A stretch of 59,893 bases of DNA, counting the filler. It is 4 parts of 4 records of this genome, joined end to end, with 100 filler letters (N's around TTAATTAATTAA, not from the genome) between each part and the next. Parts side by side here need not be neighbours in the genome. Positions count along the whole stretch, not along the records: positions 22,481 to 41,193 come from DRR723986_7442; positions 41,294 to 59,893 come from DRR723986_7451; 2 more parts are not named here. One strand, given 5' to 3'. Shown here one piece after another: positions 37,922 to 45,906 of this stretch (positions are counted from its first letter, which is position 1; each line of letters starts with the position of its first letter). The translations under genes and the position numbers were made by a program. The notes below the pieces were generated by a model that made no database searches, was not told where the DNA came from, and saw only the letters and a program-made list of their open reading frames with translations.

Positions 37922-39130
37922 ATGAATGAGTTCTGGCGCAGTATCCTGGGGCCGGAAATGCCACCCCATGGTCACTGCTACCTTTGGAATGAGCAGTTGG
38001 TGTTTCTGCACGTTCTTAGCGACACCTTAATTACCCTGTCTTACTTCACGATTCCCATTGCTTTGATTGTCCTCGTCAAACGGCGTGACGATCTCAAGTT
38101 CAATTATATGTTCTTGATGTTCGCGGTGTTTATTTTTGCGTGTGGTACCACGCACTTAGTGAATATTCTGAATGTTTGGTACGGTGCTTATTGGTTAAGC
38201 GGCACCATAAAGGCGATAACAGCCATCGCCTCTGTCGGCACGGCAATACTCGTGTGGCCCCTCATCCCCAAAGCCCTGGCGTTGCCGAGTAACGCGCAGT
38301 TGGTCGAGCTGAACAATCAGTTACAGAATGAAATTGCGGAGAACCGTCGTAAACAAGAAGAGGTGGAGCGTTTGTCGGCAGACTTGCAGAGCCTTGTTAC
38401 CCAGCGTACCGAAGAGCTCGCCGAAGCGCGGTTGAATAAAACCCTACTCGAAAAGACCAATGAGTCGCTCAGTAATAGCAATACGGCACTGGAAGAATTC
38501 TCGCGCGCCAGTACCGAGGGTTTTGTCGAGCCCTTGAGGGTTATCGATGTATACAGCAAGCGCCTACAAGAGCGCGCTGGCCAGGAGTTGAGCGAGGAAT
38601 CGCGGCAATGGTTAAGCAAAGTCCGTGAGGCAAGCAGCCAGGCGTCGCGCTTGAATGCCGGCTTGCAGCGTTATAGCCAGCTGCCCTTGAATGAGCCCGT
38701 TGAGGAGTTGAGCCTGGACAGCTTGGTGTCGCGAATTATCGACGACGAGGCGATGGCCGATGTCGTGAGCATTCAACCGCCCGGCTTGGGTACCGCCGTG
38801 CTGCCGGGTGGAACGCTGACCTTGGTTATCAGAGAATTATTGCGCAACGCCAAACGCTTCAGTGGCCAGCGCCCATTGCGAGTGGATATCGGCCGCTTAC
38901 CCGACCCCACGACGGGTGGCCTCGCGCTGTTTGTACGGGATAACGGCCGCGGGATTCCCGCTGCCCAGCAGAAGCGTGTCTTTGCGCTCTTCGAGCAATT
39001 TCATTCGGAGGGCGAGGGTGTTGGCCTGGCGTCTATTCGCCGCCTCGTTAGTGAATATGGTGGCCGTGTCAGCGTTATCAGTGACGGAGAGAGTGGCAGC
39101 GAGTTCCGCGTTGAATTCCCGCTGCTGTAA
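37922..39130 (+). CDS. ETR1-type ethylene-binding-domain sensor with a degenerate histidine kinase
   Basis: PHGHCYLW, SDTLITLSYFTIP and FIFACGTTH match the ethylene-binding domain. The H-box reads STEGFVEPL (no His). The ATPase motifs RNAKRF, DNGRGI and GVGLA are retained. Confidence 0.85.
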   Translation: MNEFWRSILGPEMPPHGHCYLWNEQLVFLHVLSDTLITLSYFTIPIALIVLVKRRDDLKFNYMFLMFAVFIFACGTTHLVNILNVWYGAYWLSGTIKAITAIASVGTAILVWPLIPKALALPSNAQLVELNNQLQNEIAENRRKQEEVERLSADLQSLVTQRTEELAEARLNKTLLEKTNESLSNSNTALEEFSRASTEGFVEPLRVIDVYSKRLQERAGQELSEESRQWLSKVREASSQASRLNAGLQRYSQLPLNEPVEELSLDSLVSRIIDDEAMADVVSIQPPGLGTAVLPGGTLTLVIRELLRNAKRFSGQRPLRVDIGRLPDPTTGGLALFVRDNGRGIPAAQQKRVFALFEQFHSEGEGVGLASIRRLVSEYGGRVSVISDGESGSEFRVEFPLL

Positions 39131-39135
39131 TTCGC

Positions 39136-39378
39136 TCACTTTTTGTCTGGTGAGCCGTCAATTTTGTCGAGAATGCGGGTAGCAGTGTCGTTGTCCTCTT
39201 GCCAGAGTTGACGGGCTAACCTTGCTGCGGTGTCGCGGCTTGTCACTAAGTGCTGCCGAAAGCGCCGACAGGGGCCGCAGATCATCAGGTGCATTTTAAA
39301 TTGCAGGCCTGCCCAACCGCGCGGTGGGTTATCGAGGTGGTCACTGGCCAAATGGCTTACTTCCTTGCAGCTTAGCAT
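39136..39378 (-). CDS. zf-HC2 zinc anti-sigma factor
   Basis: MLSCKE...SDHLD and HX3CX2C motif HLMICGPC; overlaps the sigma gene stop. Confidence 0.88.
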   Translation of the reverse strand: MLSCKEVSHLASDHLDNPPRGWAGLQFKMHLMICGPCRRFRQHLVTSRDTAARLARQLWQEDNDTATRILDKIDGSPDKK

Positions 39379-39986
39379 TCCCCCGTCTCCTGAAAGTGGT
39401 CGACAACATCTAATAGCTTGAGTCGCGCTCGGTGAAGTAATACGCGTACATTGCTTTCGCTTAGCAGCAATTGATCGGCAATATCACTCAGTGGCATTTG
39501 CTCTATATCACGCAGCATAAACACCGCTTTTTGGTTCTCCGGTAGCAACGTTAATGTGTGCTCGATACAACAGCGCAACTGGTCTTCCTCTAGCAGGCGT
39601 TCCGGCGTGCCCAGTTCCCAATGCGCTGGCGGGATTTGCCAGTGGCCATCGGCGGCGAAACGGCTCTCCGCGAGCGCTGCAGGAAGCTGTTCGGTATCGG
39701 CTACATTCATATGGCGCTTCTCCTTGCGAAGTCGCGATTTGGCCTCGTTACTGACGATCTGAATCATCCAGGTCGATAGTGCAGAGCGTCCTTCAAAGCG
39801 GTTTATCGCCTTGAATATTGAGGTCCAGGCTTCCTGTACCACATCCTCGGCAAAGACATCACCAATAATGGCGCGGGCCACAATGAGCAGGCGCTGATTG
39901 TAGCGCACAATAAGATCCCTGAATGCGGCGTTGTCACCGCTTTGCAGGCGTTCGAGCAGGGCGTCGTCTTGCGTTACTTGTGACAC
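39372..39986 (-). CDS. ECF RNA polymerase sigma factor
   Basis: AEDVVQE, FEGRSALSTW, FAADGHW...W...PE linker, LPENQKAVFMLRD and NVRVLLHRARLKL; GTG 39986 assumed. Confidence 0.92.
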   Translation of the reverse strand: MSQVTQDDALLERLQSGDNAAFRDLIVRYNQRLLIVARAIIGDVFAEDVVQEAWTSIFKAINRFEGRSALSTWMIQIVSNEAKSRLRKEKRHMNVADTEQLPAALAESRFAADGHWQIPPAHWELGTPERLLEEDQLRCCIEHTLTLLPENQKAVFMLRDIEQMPLSDIADQLLLSESNVRVLLHRARLKLLDVVDHFQETGEC

Positions 39987-40081
39987 GCGTAGTGGCCTTC
40001 GTTTTATTGCGAAACGTAGGCCATAGTGTCCCTGATAACGCGACCCGACGGCAATGCTTGGCGGTAAAATTGCTGACATCT

Positions 40082-40705
40082 TTAGTGGCGTTGTCGCGTC
40101 ATGTAACGGTGGAGGCCGTCATCGATACTCACGTAGCGCCCTCCGCCCATTTTGATCAGGGCCAGTAGCATAATGAAATAAGTGGCTGCGAACTCGATGC
40201 CGTTGTTGAGGATCACGAAGTTGCCGCTCTCAGTCAGCCAATCGTAGTGGCCGTGTTCCTGTAGAATGGATTTCGCCGCGTCCAGTTTTTCCGCTGCGGC
40301 GTCAACACGGGCATTTGCAAAGGGGGCACTCGCATCGGCGATCGCTTGCCAGCCAAAGGACCAGTGCACGGTGGTGGCGGCCACCAGCATGGTAACGGCG
40401 AGCGGCACCGCTATCCAGCGTGTGGCGAGGCCAACGAGCAGCAGGGCGGCGCCCGCCAGCTCAGTGGCCGTAGCCAAGCCTGCCATCAGTGTTGGCATGG
40501 GTAGCCCGAGGCCCCACTCGGGGTTGCCAAACCAGGCGACGGTATCGTCGAAATGGCGGTACTTATTGCTGCCTGCCATCCAAAATATTGGTACCAGATA
40601 GAGCCGAATCAGCAGTGACGGCAGACCAGAGAGCGGCGTCAGCAGGCGCCCTAGTCCCTTGTGTAGGCGAGTGACCGTGTCAGTAGCGGTCTGGAGAAAC
40701 GTCAT
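40082..40705 (-). CDS. DoxX family membrane protein (HvfX/bufferin-locus type)
   Basis: LIRLYLVPIFWMAGSNK, WFGNPEWGLGLP, VHW, NFVILNNGIEF and GGGRYVSID; AAGGA RBS before ATG 40705. Confidence 0.88.
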   Translation of the reverse strand: MTFLQTATDTVTRLHKGLGRLLTPLSGLPSLLIRLYLVPIFWMAGSNKYRHFDDTVAWFGNPEWGLGLPMPTLMAGLATATELAGAALLLVGLATRWIAVPLAVTMLVAATTVHWSFGWQAIADASAPFANARVDAAAEKLDAAKSILQEHGHYDWLTESGNFVILNNGIEFAATYFIMLLALIKMGGGRYVSIDDGLHRYMTRQRH

Positions 40706-40738
40706 GGCGAGCATCCTTATTTTTACAGGTATGCGCCA

Positions 40739-40766
40739 TAGACGAACCGCGTTCGCCATTGTTACA
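40739..40766 (-). promoter_or_regulatory. ECF promoter for doxX-sigma-antisigma: TGTAAC-N16-CGTCTA
   Basis: Minus strand TGTAAC (40766-40761) aatggcgaacgcggtt CGTCTA (40744-40739). Confidence 0.75.
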
Positions 40767-40812
40767 CCGTCTGGAAATATTCCAGCGATGCCAATAAATT
40801 TTATTAATTCGC

Positions 40813-40840
40813 TGTAACAACTTTCTCTGTGAGTCATCTA
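40813..40840 (+). promoter_or_regulatory. ECF promoter for the RiPP precursor: TGTAAC-N16-CATCTA
   Basis: TGTAAC (40813-40818) aactttctctgtgagt CATCTA (40835-40840), mirroring the divergent copy. Confidence 0.7.
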
Positions 40841-40902
40841 TGCTGTAACGCAGGTGCTTTTCGCTGGCGTCAATTAAACTTTCTAAACGAGGTAGTACAT
40901 CC

Positions 40903-41193
40903 ATGAATAAATCAAAAATGACAGCACTGACCGCCGCCATGTTCGCTTCAAGTCTTGCTTCCGCTGCGGTGAGCGATAGCGGCAACCCCTTCAGTGCGCA
41001 ATCGCTGAGCAGTGGCTATCAACAAGTGGATTTTGGTAAGCACGCTGAGGGTAAATGCGGCGAAGGCAAGTGTGGTGGCAAAAAGGCCAGCGACGAAGGT
41101 AAATGCGGCGAGGGCAAGTGCGGTGGCAAAAAAGCCAGCGACGAAGGTAAGTGCGGCGAAGGCAAATGTGGCGGCAACAAAGCCCGTGACGAA
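40903..41193 (+). CDS. HvfA/BufA2-type EGKCG-repeat RiPP metallophore precursor (3'-truncated)
   Basis: GAGG RBS, Sec signal peptide, NPFSAQSLSSGY motif and six visible EGKCG motifs; runs into the contig end. Confidence 0.88.
41047..41193 (+). repeat. 48-bp coding tandem repeat (EGKCGEGKCGGKKASD) x3 plus the start of a fourth
   Basis: Units at 41047-41094, 41095-41142 and 41143-41190, differing mostly at synonymous sites. Confidence 0.95.
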
Positions 41194-41293
41194 NNNNNNN
41201 NNNNNNNNNNNNNNNNNNNNNNNNNNNNNNNNNNNNNTTAATTAATTAANNNNNNNNNNNNNNNNNNNNNNNNNNNNNNNNNNNNNNNNNNNN
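41194..41293. other. Artificial contig linker
   Basis: N44-TTAATTAATTAA-N44. Confidence 0.98.
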
Positions 41294-41426
41294 GGCACAT
41301 CCTACAGCAAAATGACAATACAAGGGTGGGGATTGCTTCGCTCAACCTACCCCACGCCCCGCTCGTCATCCCTATACAAACCCACTCCAATCCCTACACA
41401 TTCCTTCACAAACAGGAGGAACGCGC

Positions 41427-42251
41427 ATGACCATCGCCAACACCGGAACCGATCACCTGCTGGCCGCACTGGAAGGCGGGGTGCTGACGCTCACCATGAA
41501 CCGGCCCGAGGCGCGCAATGCCATGTCGGGCGAGATGAATGCAGCGCTTGGCGCGGCGCTGGCGAAGGCCGAGCTGGACCCTGAGGTCCGCTGCATCGTG
41601 CTGACCGGCGCCGGCAAGGGCTTCTGCGCGGGCGGTGACGTGAAGGGCATGAACGCGCGCAACACCGGCGGCGGGCGCGAGACCACGATCGACGAGGCGA
41701 TCCACACCCAGCGCGTCAACCAGCGTGCCACCTCCGGCAAGCTCTACACTATTCCGAAGCCGACCCTGGCGGCCTTGCCGGGCGCGGCGGCCGGGGCGGG
41801 GCTTGCGCTGGCGCTCGCCTGCGACATGCGCATCATGTCACGTAGCGCCATCATGACCACGGCTTTCGCGCGCGTCGGCTTTTCCGGCGACTATGGCGGC
41901 ACCTTCTTCCTCAGCCAGCTGGTCGGCCAGGCGAAAGCACGCCAGCTCTATTTCCTGTCAGAACGTGTGACCGCCGACGAAGCGCTCGCCCTCGGTCTCA
42001 GCAACTGGGTGTGCGACCCGGAAGACCTGGCAGCGCAGACGATGGACATCGCCCGGCGCCTCGCCTCCGGGCCGTCGGTCGCCTATCGCCACATGAAGGA
42101 AAATCTTAACCGGGCCATGTCGTCCGGCGATGTGTTCGACTGCATGGATCTTGAGGCCACGCACCACGTCCACTGCGCCGCGACAGAAGACCACCGCAAC
42201 GCCACCAAAGCCTTTGTCGAAAAGCGGGAGCCCGTGTTCCAGGGACGGTAA
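41427..42251 (+). CDS. Enoyl-CoA hydratase/isomerase (crotonase) family protein
   Basis: NRPEARNA, FCAGGDV and GAGLALALACD. It lacks the two hydratase Glu and has SGDYGG, as in PaaG-like isomerases. AGGAGG RBS. Confidence 0.9.
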   Translation: MTIANTGTDHLLAALEGGVLTLTMNRPEARNAMSGEMNAALGAALAKAELDPEVRCIVLTGAGKGFCAGGDVKGMNARNTGGGRETTIDEAIHTQRVNQRATSGKLYTIPKPTLAALPGAAAGAGLALALACDMRIMSRSAIMTTAFARVGFSGDYGGTFFLSQLVGQAKARQLYFLSERVTADEALALGLSNWVCDPEDLAAQTMDIARRLASGPSVAYRHMKENLNRAMSSGDVFDCMDLEATHHVHCAATEDHRNATKAFVEKREPVFQGR

Positions 42252-42305
42252 CAGGCCTTGATGCATGGCTTCACGGGCGCCACATGCGGCAGAGAGGGGC
42301 TGCTC

Positions 42306-43118
42306 ATGAAAACCGCCATCATCGGAGATGTGCACGGCGCACTCGGACCGCTACAGGCGCTGGTGGCGAAGCTGGCGCTTGGTGCGGGGGACCGGCTGGT
42401 CTTTGTGGGCGACCTTGTCGACAAGGGGCCGGACCCGGCAGGCGTGGTCCGCTTCGTCCGCCAGCTGAGCGAGACGGCGCCCTATGAGGTGATCCTCATT
42501 GAGGGTAATCATGAAGACCGCCACCGCCGCTATCACATCAACACGGCGAAGCGCCCGAAAGTGGCGCGGGAGATGGCGGCGGATGCGCCGGAGCTACCCG
42601 CGCTGGACGCGGAACTTTCAGAGGCCGACCGCGCCTTTCTGGCCACGGCCATCCCCTTCCTGCACTTGCCGGAATGGGGCGCACTGGTCGTCCATGGCGG
42701 CATTCCGGGCTCGCAGCGCAGCTTTCCCGAAACGGTGGACCTCGCCAATCATTGGCATGGCCGCCGTGCCAAGGCCTTCCGGAAAATCCTCCGGACCCGG
42801 TATGTCTCCGCAGAAACGGGGGAGTATCTTGCGCTCGGCCACAACAAGCCGGGCGACCCGTTTTGGGCAGACGTCTATGATGGCCGGTTCGGCCACGTCA
42901 TCTTCGGCCATCAACCCTGGCTGGATGGCCCGGCCTGTTTTGCCCACGCGACAGGCATCGATACAGCGGCGGTCCATGGAGGCCTGCTGACAGCGCTCAT
43001 CCTGCCGGAAGAGAGCGAACCTTATTTCGAAACTGTACCGGGCATCGACTATGCGCCCCGCAAAACCAGTGAATGGCCGGATCATCCGGGCCATGATCTT
43101 CGTCTGTTCCGCAGATGA
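42306..43118 (+). CDS. Metallophosphoesterase (PPP/ApaH-like)
   Basis: GDVHG, GDLVDKG, GNHE, VHGG, FGH and IDT motifs; ATG at 42306. Confidence 0.9.
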   Translation: MKTAIIGDVHGALGPLQALVAKLALGAGDRLVFVGDLVDKGPDPAGVVRFVRQLSETAPYEVILIEGNHEDRHRRYHINTAKRPKVAREMAADAPELPALDAELSEADRAFLATAIPFLHLPEWGALVVHGGIPGSQRSFPETVDLANHWHGRRAKAFRKILRTRYVSAETGEYLALGHNKPGDPFWADVYDGRFGHVIFGHQPWLDGPACFAHATGIDTAAVHGGLLTALILPEESEPYFETVPGIDYAPRKTSEWPDHPGHDLRLFRR

Positions 43119-43250
43119 CCGGGCAATTGGAATAGGCGAAATTTTTGCCAGAAACGCTTCAACTCGGTTCGTTCTGTCTTAGAATGGAAGTGATTTGCGG
43201 GCAGTGTGGTTTGGCTGCGTTCAGACTGTTCTTTGTGGCGGATGATGCAG

Positions 43251-44183
43251 ATGCCTGTTCTTAAGCGCATATTCGGGATGGATCAGCGTGTGGTGCCTAC
43301 CTGACCCGCCTCGGTTGATCCTTTCGGCAGGGAGGTCCACCGCCACCAGAGTGAGTTCGCTTCACTTGAATATATGGTCGATGGCGCCCCTGAGTTGCGC
43401 CCGCTCGTCATTCTGCAGTCGCTCGAGCTTTGCTGCTGGCCGACGGAACTGTTCTGCCGCACAGTGAAGGCGGCGGGCTTTCGGGTCATCTCGATTCGGC
43501 GTCCGGGGTTTGGCGCGAATTCGCCGCTGACCGACCGGGAGGCGCAAGCTGGCCTGATCCGGAGTTTTCTCGAGGAAATGAATTTTGAGGACGTGGTGCT
43601 GGTTGGAACCGGCTGTTCGAATCCGATCTGCGAGCGCGTGACCCTGTCAGGAGATTCGCGAGTCGCCTTTAGCGTGTTCTCCAATTGCGGCTTCAATTAT
43701 GACCAGATGGGTGAGTTTCAGCCGGAGTGGATCGCCAAGGCGCTCGAGCAGGCGCTCACCAGTCCTGCAGGCTGGCAGCTGTCCCTGATGGCGCTGAAGA
43801 GTTCCCGGGGCGTCTTCGGGCAGACCTGGGTTTTCGAGAATCTCTGGCGCAAGAGCATTGGCGACATCGCATTTCTCCGGAACAATCCTGAACTGATGTC
43901 GGAATCCATATCCATGTTTCAGGCGCGGCTGGATGTACCGACTTTCACGTTTGAGCTCGGTAATGCCCTGAAGGTAGACCCGATTTTATCGGATGGCTGT
44001 TTCAGGGATGTGCCGGCGATGACCATTTCAGGCAGCGAAACCACGGGCAGCTGGAAGGCCGGTATCGATCGCGAGGCGGATCGGCTGGGATTGCCACCTG
44101 TCGCCTACCTCTCTTCTGGCGACATGGCGGTTATCTACCAGTCTGCCGATGAGTTCTTTTCAGTTCTGACCGACGCGCTCTGA
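43251..44183 (+). CDS. Alpha/beta-hydrolase-fold protein, possibly with an in-frame TGA near the N-terminus
   Basis: RRPGFG and LVGTGC (degenerate elbow). The ORF from 43374 is in frame with upstream ATGs (43242-43278), separated from them by one TGA at 43302-43304. Confidence 0.55.
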
Positions 44184-44216
44184 TCAACATTACGAATTGC
44201 ACATAACACGGCGGCC

Positions 44217-44235
44217 TTAAGAGCTCATCAACCAT
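44217..44235 (+). promoter_or_regulatory. CtrA-like box TTAA-N7-TCAAC(CAT)
   Basis: One mismatch from TTAA-N7-TTAAC, about 60 bp before the 44294 ATG; extra GTTAA half-sites at 44256 and 44277. Confidence 0.45.
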
Positions 44236-44293
44236 CCTTGAGCATTCTGCGGACAGTTAATTTTCCTGCCCGTATTGTTAATGAGGATGCGTT

Positions 44294-45892
44294 ATGGCGA
44301 AGAACACTGTGCGCTGGGGCGCAGATGTCGGTTGTCAGACCAAGGTGAAGCCGCTTGAGCTTCCCAATGACCTGGCCGACCACGGCCTGAAAGGCAAACG
44401 AGCCAAGGGCGAGCTGGGAATCAGCCGCCAGATGACCCGCAAGGACGCCAAGGCCGATGCCCAGGATGGCCTGCCTGTGTCCGAGGCCATCACACAGGAC
44501 CAGTGGAGCGAGCGCGAGCAGATGATCGCCGAGCGTGCCGAGGAAGTGCGCCGCGGTCTCAGCACCTGGATGTCCACGGCGTCTGCATCTGTCCGCAACT
44601 ATATCGCCGATTACACGCCGATCGACATTCATCCCGATCAGCTGCGCGAAGCCATCAAGTCGGAAGAGAACGAATATCGTCACTATGAGACCGACGATAC
44701 GGCAGACGCCAAGGAAACCCATTCCGCGGCCATTATCGAACTGCAGCAGTTCCGTGCCCGTCACGGCGACCGGATCGGTGACCGCACACCGGACATCAAG
44801 AAGAACGTCGAGCAGGCGATCGCGATTCTCGTTTTCATCATGATCCTGGAAGGCGGCTTCAACGCCCTCCTGTTCAAGGATGCGCAGGCCAATGGCCTGA
44901 TCGGCGGCATGATGATCGCCTTTGGCGTCAGCGCCGTGAACGTCTGTCTCGGTGTGACCGCAGGCTTCTTCGGCCTGCGTTATGCGCTTAACAGCCCCAG
45001 CATCATCAAGAAAGTGATTGGCGGAACGGTTGCGACGGTCTGCATCATTTCCGGCATCCTGCTGAACTTCTTCGTCGCGCACTTCCGCGACGCTGTGGAA
45101 ACCGGCCTGCACAGCACGGAGGCCGATGCCGGGCTCGGAACCTTCTCCCTGTTCTCGATCTCGCCGTCTGAAGTGTTCGTCTCGATGTTCCCGAACATCG
45201 TCGGCCTCGACAGCTTCATCGCTCTCGGCCTCTTGTTCATGGGGCTGACGGTCTTCGGCCTGGCGATCTATGAAGGCTACGACCGTATCTCTGACCGCTA
45301 CCCGGGCTATGGCCGTGTGTGGCGCAAAGAGCGCAAGGCGTATGAGCGCCGCCAGCAGGTGCGCAATGCCGTCCGCGACGACCTGTCGGACTATTTCACG
45401 CACTGCCGCCAGTGGTTCGAGACGCAACAGTCTCGCCATGTCGCTGCCAAGCGTGAGATCGAGAAGGCGATGAACCTGCTGGATGCCCGGCGTGACTTTG
45501 CCATCGCGATTGCCTCGCGCGCTGCTGATCAGGAGCGCAGCCTGAAGGTCGCGTATCGCCAGGCGCACCGCCGTACCCGCAATGCGAACCGTGACCGCCT
45601 TGGGGATCAGGCGGCTTGCCCGGCCTATTTCGACGAGATCGTCACGCCGCAGCTGCCGTCCTACGACATGGCCAAGGAGCGGGAACAGGCGCAGGCTGCG
45701 ATGAAGACCATCGACAACAACATCACGGCCCTGAACATCTGCCGGGAATGGCTGGAGCAGCACATCCAGCACGTCCAGCAGGGGCTGTCGTCCATCGAGA
45801 AGAAAGTTGCTGAAGAAATCGGCAAGGTCCGTGAGGTCAAGCAGGTCAAGGGTTCTACCCATGTGCCTGTTGATCAGGCCCGCCGCGCCTGA
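44294..45892 (+). CDS. Uncharacterised multi-TM protein with N- and C-terminal coiled coils
   Basis: GAGG RBS; about four TM segments carrying polar residues (LEGGFN, SAVN, LNFFVAHFRD); DRYPGYG; long helical tails; host-like codon usage. Confidence 0.8.
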   Translation: MAKNTVRWGADVGCQTKVKPLELPNDLADHGLKGKRAKGELGISRQMTRKDAKADAQDGLPVSEAITQDQWSEREQMIAERAEEVRRGLSTWMSTASASVRNYIADYTPIDIHPDQLREAIKSEENEYRHYETDDTADAKETHSAAIIELQQFRARHGDRIGDRTPDIKKNVEQAIAILVFIMILEGGFNALLFKDAQANGLIGGMMIAFGVSAVNVCLGVTAGFFGLRYALNSPSIIKKVIGGTVATVCIISGILLNFFVAHFRDAVETGLHSTEADAGLGTFSLFSISPSEVFVSMFPNIVGLDSFIALGLLFMGLTVFGLAIYEGYDRISDRYPGYGRVWRKERKAYERRQQVRNAVRDDLSDYFTHCRQWFETQQSRHVAAKREIEKAMNLLDARRDFAIAIASRAADQERSLKVAYRQAHRRTRNANRDRLGDQAACPAYFDEIVTPQLPSYDMAKEREQAQAAMKTIDNNITALNICREWLEQHIQHVQQGLSSIEKKVAEEIGKVREVKQVKGSTHVPVDQARRA

Positions 45893-45906
45893 GGAGATAA
45901 CTGGTC

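Noticed and set aside
43302-43304. In-frame TGA as selenocysteine
   Set aside because: Not at a recognisable redox or catalytic Cys position, and I see no convincing SECIS; nonsense mutation or error is simpler.
44228-45862. 544-aa antisense ORF
   Set aside because: Codon-aligned shadow of the + strand gene in GC-rich DNA; no motifs; the sense gene has an RBS and an operon partner.
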